From positions 27,736 through 91,735 of the forward strand of contig CAWCOD010000016.1 in assembly GCA_963797055.1 (NCBI GenBank): a stretch of 64,000 bases of DNA, given 5' to 3'. The DNA comes from an uncultured Holophagae bacterium. GTDB taxonomy: Bacteria; Acidobacteriota; Thermoanaerobaculia; Thermoanaerobaculales; Sulfomarinibacteraceae. Positions 28,361 to 36,622 of the stretch are shown one piece after another. Every line of letters starts with the position of its first letter. Position 1 is the stretch's first letter. The notes under the pieces were generated by a model. That model searched no databases, was not told where the DNA came from, and saw only the letters and a program-made list of their open reading frames with translations. Made by a program: the position numbers and the translations under genes.

Positions 28361-29620
28361 GTGACAAGCGGGAGTTGGTGGGATGTGTCGTTCGTGGCGG
28401 CCAGGGTGAAACCGGCACGACCAATCCGCCGAGCTGCCGCGATTGCCCTTGCGTTGATTCTGACGATGGGGGTCGCGGCTCCAGGCCTCCATGCTCAGGA
28501 GGATGAGGAGCCGGCGGCCGGCGATCCTCCGGCTGCCGAGGCCACCGAGCCCGAGACCGGCGGTCAAGAGGAGGTCAAGACGAAGAAGGGCCCGCCCTTC
28601 ATCGCCATCCCCATCTTCATCACCGAGCCGGCGGTGGGCTACGGTCTCGGCGGCGCCGTCGGCTACTTCCACAAGAAGAAGCAGCACGCCGACTCCGGTG
28701 GAGGATCAACCGCCCCGGTCCTTACTGCCGACACCGCGTCGAAGGTCGGTAAACAGAAAAAGGTCCCGCCGACCATCACCGGGTTCGCCGCGGCATACAC
28801 CCAAGACGGAACATGGGGCGCCGGTTTCGCCCACACCGCCTCGTGGAAGAAGGACAGGATCCGTTACAAGGGCGCCATCGGGTACGCCCACATCGTCTCC
28901 ACCTTCTACTTCAGCGACCAGCCCTTCGACTTCAAGCTCGACACCGGTCTTTTCTACCAGGACATCAAGTTCCGGATCAAATCCAGCGATATTTTTGTCG
29001 GTGGCAAGCTCGTCTACCTCGCTCCCGATCTGCTGTTCGACGAGGACGCCGGCAGTATCCCGGTGGAGAACGAGACCAAGCTCAACGACTTCGGACTGGC
29101 GTTTCAGGGCGAGTACGACGGTCGGGACAACACGATGACCCCGAATCGGGGCCAGTACGTCGAGTTCGTGGCGTGGAAACACCTCGAGGCGCTGGGTGGG
29201 GACACCGACTACTGGAAGATCAGTCTCATGGTGGATTCGTTCAGTGAAATGCTGAACAAGAAGCTCGTGCTCGGTCTCCATCTCGATCTCAACACCGCGG
29301 GTGGCGACCCTCCCCTGTGGGGCTACCCCTGGGTCACCATGCGCGGGGTTCCCGCCCTCCGGTATCAGAACGAGAGCACAGCGGTGGCCGAGACCGAGCT
29401 CCGATGGAATCTCGCCGCTCGCTGGGCCGCGCTCGGATTTATTGGTGTCGCCGGGACCCGCGGTGACGTTCCGATCTTCGAGGACGAGAGCGGGATTGTC
29501 GCCGGTGGTGTCGGCGGGCGCTTCCTCTTCCGGCCCCAGGACAGCCTGTGGGTTGGGATCGACGTCGCCACGGGACCCGAAGACTACGTCCTGTACGTCG
29601 TGGCCGGCCACAAGTGGTGA
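28361..29620 (+). CDS. Omp85/surface-antigen-like outer-membrane beta-barrel without obvious POTRA repeats
   Basis: Signal peptide ...GVAAPGLHAQ. C-terminal GGVGGRFLFRP...VGIDVATGPEDYVLYVVAGHKW resembles the Omp85 barrel terminus. The start could instead be GTG 28406. Confidence 0.5.
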   Translation: MTSGSWWDVSFVAARVKPARPIRRAAAIALALILTMGVAAPGLHAQEDEEPAAGDPPAAEATEPETGGQEEVKTKKGPPFIAIPIFITEPAVGYGLGGAVGYFHKKKQHADSGGGSTAPVLTADTASKVGKQKKVPPTITGFAAAYTQDGTWGAGFAHTASWKKDRIRYKGAIGYAHIVSTFYFSDQPFDFKLDTGLFYQDIKFRIKSSDIFVGGKLVYLAPDLLFDEDAGSIPVENETKLNDFGLAFQGEYDGRDNTMTPNRGQYVEFVAWKHLEALGGDTDYWKISLMVDSFSEMLNKKLVLGLHLDLNTAGGDPPLWGYPWVTMRGVPALRYQNESTAVAETELRWNLAARWAALGFIGVAGTRGDVPIFEDESGIVAGGVGGRFLFRPQDSLWVGIDVATGPEDYVLYVVAGHKW

Positions 29621-29689
29621 TCTTCTTCTGACGGTCTCCACAGCGTCTGGCCCTCTCATGGGTGTCAGGTTGGTACTAAAAATTAACGA

Positions 29690-29718
29690 TTGCACGGTTA
29701 CCGTGAAAGCATTATAGT
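29690..29718 (+). promoter_or_regulatory. Candidate sigma-70 promoter of higBA
   Basis: TTGCAC (29690-29695), 17-nt spacer, TATAGT (29713-29718). 20 nt upstream of the AAGAGG RBS and GTG 29739. Confidence 0.5.
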
Positions 29719-29738
29719 CAAATAAGAGGTCATCTGCC

Positions 29739-30032
29739 GTGATCGTCTCATTCGGTGATAAGGCAACTGAAGCCGTGTTTCACGGGGCACCAGCCCAACT
29801 ACTGAAACGGTTTCCTGCCGACGTCCTGAAGAGAGCGAATCAGAAACTCGACTACCTCAACGGCGCTTCCGACCTGACTGATCTTGAAGCCCCGCCAGGC
29901 AACCGTCTCGAATTTTTGAAAGGCGATCTGAAGGGACTACACAGCATTCGGGTCAACGATCAGTGGAGAATCGTGTTTCGGTGGCATGGTTCTGATGCCC
30001 ATGAGGTCAGACTGGCGGACTACCACCGGTAA
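29739..30032 (+). CDS. higB: Type II toxin, HigB-like (RelE/ParE superfamily, plasmid-maintenance killer type)
   Basis: 97 aa with a GTG start. ...LEFLKGDLKGLHSIRVNDQWRIVFRWHGSDAHEVRLADYH is a typical HigB C-terminus. Followed at 11 nt by the antitoxin. Confidence 0.8.
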   Translation: MIVSFGDKATEAVFHGAPAQLLKRFPADVLKRANQKLDYLNGASDLTDLEAPPGNRLEFLKGDLKGLHSIRVNDQWRIVFRWHGSDAHEVRLADYHR

Positions 30033-30043
30033 AGGAGAATTCC

Positions 30044-30331
30044 ATGATTCCTAAGAACCGTATTCCGACCCACCCTGGAGAGATTCTCCTTGAGGAATTC
30101 CTGGCTCCAATGGAACTCTCGCAGGTCGAGTTCGCCGCTCACCTTGGAGTCCCAGTGCAGCGAATTAACGAGATCGTCCGCGGGAAACGCGGCATCACGC
30201 CTGAAACCGCTTGGTTGTTCTCCCAGGCATTCGGCACGACTCCACAGCTCTGGATCAACCTCCAGACGAACTATGACCTCGCGCGGAATAAGCCCGACCG
30301 AACGGTGCGCCAGCTCAGGAAAGCGGGGTAG
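30044..30331 (+). CDS. higA: Type II antitoxin HigA (XRE-type HTH)
   Basis: 95 aa. HPGEILLEEFLAPMELSQVEFAAHLGVPVQRINEIVRGKRGITPETA is the canonical HigA HTH. Confidence 0.85.
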   Translation: MIPKNRIPTHPGEILLEEFLAPMELSQVEFAAHLGVPVQRINEIVRGKRGITPETAWLFSQAFGTTPQLWINLQTNYDLARNKPDRTVRQLRKAG

Positions 30332-30403
30332 GACGTGAGCCCTAACCCCCGCGGGTTCGGGACGTGCGTGCCAGGGCAGCGAGGCGTGGTGAGCCTCTGT
30401 TCG

Positions 30404-30546
30404 GATTGAAAATCAAAGATCAAAGAACAAAAATCTCCCGCCACCCGATGGGCAGTGGGTAGACCCGCTCGCCCCACCGGGAACAAGGAGCAAGGAACAA
30501 GGGACAATCCCCACCCACCCGTAACGGAGGGGTGCGATGGGCGGGC
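30404..30546. repeat. GB-STR mosaic (reverse orientation)
   Basis: gattgaaaatcaaagatcaaagaacaaaaatc followed by C-box CTCCCGCCACCCG. ggaacaaggagcaaggaacaagggacaa followed by C-box CCCCACCCACCCG, then a G-box. Confidence 0.8.
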
Positions 30547-30562
30547 ATAGCCCACCACACCT

Positions 30563-30696
30563 GTCATCTCGAGCGAGCGCAGCGAGTCGAGAGATCCCCG
30601 AGGGTCCCTGGTGGATCGCTGAGGTCCCCTGCACGCCTCCCACTTCAGGGGATTCCTCCACTCGTCGCCGCCCGGCGGCTCCTCGGTCGGAATGAC
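30563..30696. repeat. GTCATCCTGAGC-family element (variant)
   Basis: GTCATCTCGAGCGAGCGCAGCGAGTCGAGAGATCC on the left and CTCGGTCGGAATGAC on the right. Confidence 0.6.
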
Positions 30697-30699
30697 AGA

Positions 30700-30777
30700 G
30701 CGGGGTGGGCTGGAAATCTCGAATCTTGAATCGGACGGCCGGGAATTTGCAATTTTTAATTCTCAATTCGCAATCTC
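30700..30777. repeat. GB-STR modules upstream of the DegT-family gene
   Basis: GCGGGGTGGGCTGG followed by aaatctcgaatcttgaatcgg. Then gaatttgcaatttttaattctcaattcgcaatctc. A perfect TATAAT follows at 30780-30785. Confidence 0.75.
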
Positions 30778-30839
30778 TATATAATGCGCCTCCCGGTCCC
30801 ACCGGACCAACCAAAGGAACGACCCGAAGAGGAACGAAC

Positions 30840-32084
30840 ATGGCCATTGCAAGACAACGCATCCACCTCCCCCCGTCAGCGTGGAAGCGCGCCATGGGCG
30901 CCGGCTTCAACGACGCGAAAGACGGACCCGAGACCATCGAGCGCTTCGAGAGGGCCTTTGCCGAAGTCATGGGCAGTCCGGACGCCGTCGCCGTGCCCTC
31001 GGGACGGGCCGGGCTGAAGTTCACCATCGACGCCCTCGAGCTCGATCCGGGGGCGGAGATCATCTGCTCGGCCTTCGCCTATCCGGTGGTGCCCTTCATC
31101 GCCCACACTCTGGGGTACTCGGTCCGTTTTGCCGACTGCGAGCTCCAAACCCTGGGCATGGATCCAGAGTCCCTCGAGGAGGTCATTTCCGACCGCACCG
31201 CGGTGGTGATCACAACCCATCTTTACGGCGTGCCCTGCCGGATTCGCGAGATCCGCGACATCGCCCGGCGCCACGGCGCCATCCTCATCGAGGACTGCGC
31301 CCACTGCTACGGAGCGTCGGTGGACGGTCAGCCCGCCGGGTCCTTCGGCACTTTCGGCTATTTCAGCTTCGAGACCTCCAAACCCATCAACACCATGGGC
31401 GGCGGCATGGTCACCGTCAGTGACCCCGAACTCGCCCAACGGGTCCGTGACGTGGCCAGGGCCCAGGAACCCAAGGACGGCTCCTGGCTCAGAAAGCGCC
31501 TCCAAAAGACCACCTTCGAGGCGACGGTCACCAACCCCGTGGTCTTCAATCTCGGCGTCTACCCCGCCCTGCGTGTGCTGGCGAAACGCGACGACTCGGA
31601 GCGGTTCGCCTCCGGCTACCAGCCCGACGAGACCACGATGGAGGGTCGCATGGGCCGTTACACGCCCTACCAGGCCGCCCTCGGTCTCGACCAGATGGCC
31701 ACGGTGACCCCCCAGCTCGAGCACCGGATCGCCAACGCCGAACGGCTCATCCGCCACCTCGAGGGCGCCCTTCTCTTCCAACGCAACACCGACCCGGACG
31801 TGCGCTCCAACTACATGCTGGTCACCGCCCTCATGCCCAAGCTGGAACAGGTGGCCAATCGTCTGCTCGAGCTCGGGGTGGACTCGAAGCACCACTACAT
31901 GCGCGACTGCACCGGCATCGGTGACGGTGGCGGGAACTTCCCCAACGCTGCCCGTGCCGAATCGGAGGTGCTCCACCTGCCGGCCTACCCCGAGCTGAGC
32001 TCGTCGCAGATCGACTGGATCGCGGATCGGGTGCGAACCGCGGTCACCGAGCTGGGCGCAATCCCGTCCGAGCTGGCCCGGTAA
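30840..32084 (+). CDS. DegT/DnrJ/EryC1/StrS-family PLP-dependent aminotransferase
   Basis: 414 aa. ...ITTHLYG...IEDCAHCYGA...GYFSFETSKPINTMGGGMV (Schiff-base Lys motif). Confidence 0.8.
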   Translation: MAIARQRIHLPPSAWKRAMGAGFNDAKDGPETIERFERAFAEVMGSPDAVAVPSGRAGLKFTIDALELDPGAEIICSAFAYPVVPFIAHTLGYSVRFADCELQTLGMDPESLEEVISDRTAVVITTHLYGVPCRIREIRDIARRHGAILIEDCAHCYGASVDGQPAGSFGTFGYFSFETSKPINTMGGGMVTVSDPELAQRVRDVARAQEPKDGSWLRKRLQKTTFEATVTNPVVFNLGVYPALRVLAKRDDSERFASGYQPDETTMEGRMGRYTPYQAALGLDQMATVTPQLEHRIANAERLIRHLEGALLFQRNTDPDVRSNYMLVTALMPKLEQVANRLLELGVDSKHHYMRDCTGIGDGGGNFPNAARAESEVLHLPAYPELSSSQIDWIADRVRTAVTELGAIPSELAR

Positions 32085-32107
32085 CCGGCGGGACGCCAGA
32101 GCGACCG

Positions 32108-33832
32108 ATGACGACCTTCGCCCCCACCGCCGAGTCACTCCCCGTTCGCCATCGGTACCTGCTGCTCGCCCTGATCGGGCTCATGCTGTACGTGCCGTTC
32201 AACGGGTTGCGGGACATGTGGTACGCGGATGAGCCCGACATCGCGGAGGTCACCCAGACCATGTACACCACCGGCGACTGGGTTTCCCCACGCCGGGTCG
32301 GCACCATCTGGGTGGACTACCCGCCCATGATCTACTGGACGGGTCTGGCCTCGGCCCACGCGTTGGGCGGGCTGTCCGAGTTTGCCCTCCGATTGCCCAA
32401 CGCCCTGACGGCCGTGGCCCTGGTTCTTCTCACCTGCTGGGCGGGGTCCCGCTGGTTCGACCCCGAAACCGGTCTGTGGGCCGGATTCACGCTGCTCACC
32501 TTCCAGCAATTCGCCCAGCAGGCGGTGGGCTACCGGCCGGACATGCAGTTCAGCCTCGCCATCACAGGTGGTTTTCTCCTGTGGGCGGCAGGCTCAGGCG
32601 AGCGACCGCGCTGGTATCTCCGGGTGGGCGCCTTCGTCCTCTTCGGTCTCGCCATGCTCGCAAAGGGCCCGCTGGGTCTGCTGCTTCCCGGGCTTGTTCT
32701 CACCCTGTGGCACGGCAGCCGGCGCGAGTGGCGTCGGCTCCTCGAGCTGGCTCCCATGGCGCTGGTGTCGTTGGCGGTCTATCTTCCGTGGTTCTACGCC
32801 TGTTCCCGGGCTATGGGCTCGGAGAACATCCTGTACGAGCTCTACGCCCAGAACTTCGCCCGCTTTGTCGGCGCCAACCGCGGCCACGGCAAACCGATCT
32901 ACTACTACCTGGCCAATATCTGGGGCGACCTCATTCCGTGGTCACTGTTGTTGCCCTTCGCCTTGTGGTGGATCCACCGCGCCCGGTTGTGGCGGGACCG
33001 AAACGTCCAGCTCCTCCTGTGGTGGTTCGGCGCGTTCTTTGTCTTTCTCTCCATGGCCGCAACCAAGAGACAGCTCTATCTGCTGCCGGCCTACCCCGCC
33101 ATCGCCCTGTTCCTTGGAATCTGGATTGCTGCGGTCCTGGCCACGAAGGCATCGCCTTCCGGCGCCCCATCGCCAAAGCCGATCCGGATCTACGGTCTGT
33201 TCATGGCAGGGTTTCTCGCCGTCGTCGGAGGAGCCCTGTTAGCGGCCGGCACGGGAATTCTGGGCGTGGTGGACCCATCCGATATGACACCGACCATCGC
33301 CTCGACCATCCCGGCCCTGCGCCCACCGGTCACGGCGTTGGGAGTCCTGTTGATAGCCAGCGGGCTGTGGATCGGTTTCGCCGGCCTCCGCCGCGACACC
33401 CGCGGCGTCCTCCTGCGAACCGGCGCCGCCCACGTGGCCGTCTACGTTGTACTGCTCGCCTGGCTGTTGCCCGCCGCCAACCCGCTCAAGACCACAAGAC
33501 CCCAGGCAGAATGGATCAGACAGCAGATGGGCGACTCAACCCACATGGGTCTGGTGTACAACGATCAAGACTACGGCTTTCGGAAGATGGGGTCCTTCGG
33601 ACTGTACGCGCACACGGGCGTGGAACTCCTCGAGAGTCCTTCCCAGGTCAAGCGGTTCTTCGAGGTGTATCCGGACTCCGTTGTGCTCATCCAATCAGAC
33701 GAGGTGGACTGGATCTTCGGCGCCGACCGAGCGGGGTGGGAATCGCGTGTCGTACGTGACCTGTGGATCGGCAAGGATCAGTATGTCGTTGTGCGGGGAC
33801 CCGAGGCCACCGCCCTGAATTCTCAATTCTGA
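32108..33832 (+). CDS. Glycosyltransferase family 39 (ArnT/PMT-like, polytopic)
   Basis: 574 aa. N-terminal loop motif MWYADEPDIAEVTQTM...GDWVSPR, more than 10 TM helices. The last codons (ALNSQF*) and the TGA stop lie in an AT-rich STR array. Confidence 0.75.
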   Translation: MTTFAPTAESLPVRHRYLLLALIGLMLYVPFNGLRDMWYADEPDIAEVTQTMYTTGDWVSPRRVGTIWVDYPPMIYWTGLASAHALGGLSEFALRLPNALTAVALVLLTCWAGSRWFDPETGLWAGFTLLTFQQFAQQAVGYRPDMQFSLAITGGFLLWAAGSGERPRWYLRVGAFVLFGLAMLAKGPLGLLLPGLVLTLWHGSRREWRRLLELAPMALVSLAVYLPWFYACSRAMGSENILYELYAQNFARFVGANRGHGKPIYYYLANIWGDLIPWSLLLPFALWWIHRARLWRDRNVQLLLWWFGAFFVFLSMAATKRQLYLLPAYPAIALFLGIWIAAVLATKASPSGAPSPKPIRIYGLFMAGFLAVVGGALLAAGTGILGVVDPSDMTPTIASTIPALRPPVTALGVLLIASGLWIGFAGLRRDTRGVLLRTGAAHVAVYVVLLAWLLPAANPLKTTRPQAEWIRQQMGDSTHMGLVYNDQDYGFRKMGSFGLYAHTGVELLESPSQVKRFFEVYPDSVVLIQSDEVDWIFGADRAGWESRVVRDLWIGKDQYVVVRGPEATALNSQF

Positions 33833-33954
33833 ATTTTGAATTCTCAGGTTCCTCCCGCCACCCGCACGGTGTGGAGTGTGAAAAGGGCGGTAACCTCAAA
33901 TGTCCGACGTTCAACATTCAATCTTCAACATTTAACGTTTAACGTTCAACGTTC
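33815..33954. repeat. GB-STR mosaic between convergent GT39 genes, overlapping both 3' ends
   Basis: ctgaattctcaattctgaattttgaattctcagg followed by C-box CCTCCCGCCACCCGC. ggtgtggagtgtgaaaag. Then cgttcaacattcaatcttcaacatttaacgtttaacgttcaacgttc. Confidence 0.8.
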
Positions 33955-35593
33955 TCGCCCACTCCTCCGGCGGCCGATTCGACAACACCACCTTGCCGCC
34001 GTCACCGTCCACCACGTAGGCGTTTTCGATGAGCGTCTGATCGAGCTTCTGGAGGTGCTCCCGTTTGATCACGCAGTGAGCCGGCTCGTCCTGCCTCATG
34101 TGTTCGACGAACTCCTCCTTGTCGCGGAGGACGCGGCCGAGCCGATCGGTGTAGAACAGCGCGGAATCCCGGAGGTCCTTGTAGAACACGATGGGCTCTC
34201 CCTCGGGAAGGGCAATGTCGAGCCTCTGAGCGAGTTCCTTTGTGGAACGATGGGTGTTCAACGGAGGCACCACCATCACGTTCACCGTGAGGATAAACAC
34301 CACGACCATCCCTGCCAGGGTTGCGAAACAGCTGCGATAGCGCCCGCGCCAGCAGAGCACCGTGGCGAGCACCAGACCAATGGCCGGCACCGCGATCGGT
34401 GTCATGAAGACCTCAGCCCCCACGTTGTACATGGCCATGGCCGTCTCGAGCTCACTGGTCCAGTAGTAGGCCAGAGCGATCACGACTATGCCGGCGAGAA
34501 ACGCGAGCGAGCCGAGGGCGAGCCTCCGCAGCCGCCGGGTCGGGTCGAGCAGGAGATCCCGCCACGACAACCCCACCAGCAATGCCAACGCCGGGAACAT
34601 CGGCAGAATGTAGGACGGCAGCTTTGAGCTGGCCACCGTAAAGAACAACAGCATCATCCCGCACCACAGCCCGAGATAGAGCAATCGGCCGCGATCGTCG
34701 GAGTGCCGGATCTCAAGGCCGTGTCCCACGGCCATGGGCAAGAAGGCGGTCCAGGGGGAGAAGCCACCGATGAGGATGGGGAGATAAAAATACCACGCCT
34801 CCGGATGGCGCGACTCAGCAGAAACGAAGTTCATAAAGTTCTGCTGGATGAAGAAGTAGGCACCGAAATCCGCGTTCGCCCGCATGACCAGCAGGTACCA
34901 CGGTGCCGCCACCGCCAGAAACACGACGGCCCCCCACCACAGCCCCATCTTCTTGAGAAAGGGCAGCGGACGGCGCAGCACAAGCCAAGGTCCGACCACC
35001 AGCCCCACCAGGACGAGCCCCAGCGGCCCCTTGGCGAGCACCGCGAATCCACACGACACGTAGAACCAGAAGAGGAAAAGCCGACGCCGGTCCTGGTCCT
35101 CGAACGCGAGCCAGAAGAAGAGTAGAGCGGCTGTGACAGTGAACGCCAACGAGATGTCGTGCACCACCACTCGCGACATCACCAGAAACTCCAGGCTGGT
35201 GGCGAGAATTACACCGCTGAGAAGGGCCGTCGTCCGGTCGAAGAGCTTTCGGCCGAGAACATAGGTGGCGATGACTGTCGCCGTTCCAAGCAACGCGGCT
35301 GGCAATCGTGCGGCGAACTCGGTGAAGCCGAAGACCATAAAGGCGATGGCCCCCAACCAATTGAAGAGTGGTGTCTTGTCGTAGAACGACTCGCCGTTCA
35401 CCGTCGGCGTGACCCAGTCGCCGGTCTGCACCATCACCTTGGTGGTGTGGGCGTGCATCCCCTCGTCGATGTCCCACAACGGCCGGTCACCGAGCAGCGA
35501 GAAGAACAGTGCCCAACAGAGCACCAGCAGGATCGCCACGTCGATCCACAGCTTCCGGTTGCCCGGGTCGGCAATATCGAGATGCTCTGTCAT
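33932..35593 (-). CDS. Glycosyltransferase family 39 (ArnT/PMT-like, polytopic), second copy
   Basis: 553 aa. LWDIDEGMHAHTTKVM...GDWVTPT motif, polytopic. The C-terminal codons TLNVKR* are encoded by the AACGTT-type array. Confidence 0.75.
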   Translation of the reverse strand: MTEHLDIADPGNRKLWIDVAILLVLCWALFFSLLGDRPLWDIDEGMHAHTTKVMVQTGDWVTPTVNGESFYDKTPLFNWLGAIAFMVFGFTEFAARLPAALLGTATVIATYVLGRKLFDRTTALLSGVILATSLEFLVMSRVVVHDISLAFTVTAALLFFWLAFEDQDRRRLFLFWFYVSCGFAVLAKGPLGLVLVGLVVGPWLVLRRPLPFLKKMGLWWGAVVFLAVAAPWYLLVMRANADFGAYFFIQQNFMNFVSAESRHPEAWYFYLPILIGGFSPWTAFLPMAVGHGLEIRHSDDRGRLLYLGLWCGMMLLFFTVASSKLPSYILPMFPALALLVGLSWRDLLLDPTRRLRRLALGSLAFLAGIVVIALAYYWTSELETAMAMYNVGAEVFMTPIAVPAIGLVLATVLCWRGRYRSCFATLAGMVVVFILTVNVMVVPPLNTHRSTKELAQRLDIALPEGEPIVFYKDLRDSALFYTDRLGRVLRDKEEFVEHMRQDEPAHCVIKREHLQKLDQTLIENAYVVDGDGGKVVLSNRPPEEWARTLNVKR

Positions 35594-35704
35594 CTATATT
35601 TCTACTCAGGTTTTCGGTTTTGAATTCCCGACATCGACGGATTTTCATGCCCTGATCCTCCTGCGGAGGATTCAAAACTCAGAAATCTGAGCATTACCAA
35701 GATT

Positions 35705-36256
35705 CTATTTATCTTCCTTTGCCCTCATTTTACGGAATTTCAGAGCAATCTTCTCGATCATCGCGTCAATCTGTTCCAAGACTTTGCTGGGATCCTCCGG
35801 CAGGGTCTTGGATGCCACGCCCCGAAACACGGCTTTCGATGTTTTGGCGTTCCAGATATCGATCACCAGAGTGCCCTTGTCGTAGGTTGTGGACATTGTT
35901 GATCCGGTGTAGGTCCCGCCCATATAGCCCCAACCCACCGGATAGCTGTAGCCGTACGCCGTTGTCATGAACTGCTGACTCGACTTGCTTCCCGTGTGAT
36001 AGGTGACGTTGAGGTCGGGATTCTCGGTGTCCTCCACCATACCCCCCGTCGTCATCCAATACTCGATGGAGTTCTTGATCAACGAGTGCACCATGGGGTA
36101 GTTCCCCTCCAGCGGGGTGGGCGGACCGTCCACCCAGGCGAAGGTCTTGAATTTCTCGAAATCCGCATCCCGGTCCCAGTCCACCGAGACCTTCTGCGCC
36201 GCCGCCGGGAGGGCCACCAACACGACGACGACGAGTATTCCAATCACTCTCTTCAT
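35705..36256 (-). CDS. DUF4136-like secreted/lipoprotein (paralog 3 of 3)
   Basis: ATG at 36256. Signal peptide MKRVIGILVVVVLVALPAAAQ. Same motif set as the other two. Noticeably lower GC. Confidence 0.75.
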   Translation of the reverse strand: MKRVIGILVVVVLVALPAAAQKVSVDWDRDADFEKFKTFAWVDGPPTPLEGNYPMVHSLIKNSIEYWMTTGGMVEDTENPDLNVTYHTGSKSSQQFMTTAYGYSYPVGWGYMGGTYTGSTMSTTYDKGTLVIDIWNAKTSKAVFRGVASKTLPEDPSKVLEQIDAMIEKIALKFRKMRAKEDK

Positions 36257-36323
36257 GGTCTTTGTCCTTTCGACCAGACGGTTCAGTTCTCTGAATCTGG
36301 TGTCGGTGGGCATGGTAACTGAT

Positions 36324-36430
36324 CCGCCGCCCTCCCACCCATCCGGTGTGGAAGGTGTGGAAAGTGTGGAAAGTGTGGAGAGAACTCCATCCCGAGCCCG
36401 AGCCCGAGCCCGAGCCCGTTATCGTTACCG
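36324..36430. repeat. GB-STR composite: C-box + (GGTGTGGAA)n + (CCGAGC)n-CCGTTATCGTTACCG
   Basis: CCGCCGCCCTCCCACCCATCCGG, ggtgtggaaggtgtggaaagtgtggaaagtgtggagag, cccgagcccgagcccgagcccgagcccgttatcgttaccg. Same module order as 39099-39166. Confidence 0.85.
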
Positions 36431-36622
36431 AAAGCGCACCCCAGGGGATGAACCCCTGGGCTACATCTCTCTCCGTAGGCCAGGGGTTTACCACCTGGCG
36501 CCTCCGCGTCTTGATTGGTCGCGGGAAACTTGTCCCGCGCTGTGTGATTTTCACTGCGCCCCGGCGCGATGTTCTAATAGGGCTCACGGGACGGGCTGTA
36601 GCCCGACACCAGGAGGTCCACT

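Noticed and set aside
25941-28424. 827-aa ORF on the minus strand, the longest of several very long ORFs. Others: 57069-58565 (+), 59723-61078 (+), 30876-32138 (-), 12182-13426 (+), 6249-7583 (+), 5797-6816 (-), 19656-20705 (+), 24624-25562 (-).
   Set aside because: All lie antisense to genes with strong family motifs (sulfatase CSPTR, ANL ligase, DegT, HldE and others). Their translations are Arg/Gly/His/Pro-rich with no motifs. Long stop-free antisense frames are expected at this GC content.
30367-30376. GTGCCAGGGC downstream of higA, and GGGCCGACAC at 22931-22940, as further PH element copies.
   Set aside because: Only 10-nt partial matches with no palindromic partner. This could be chance in GC-rich DNA.
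36439-36622. Several GC hairpins (e.g. CCCAGGGG-ATGAA-CCCCTGGG at 36440-36460 and CGCGGGA-AACTTG-TCCCGCG) upstream of gabD, as a possible riboswitch or leader.
   Set aside because: I cannot match them to any riboswitch consensus by eye, and hairpins are ubiquitous in this GC-rich intergenic DNA. An Rfam scan would be needed.
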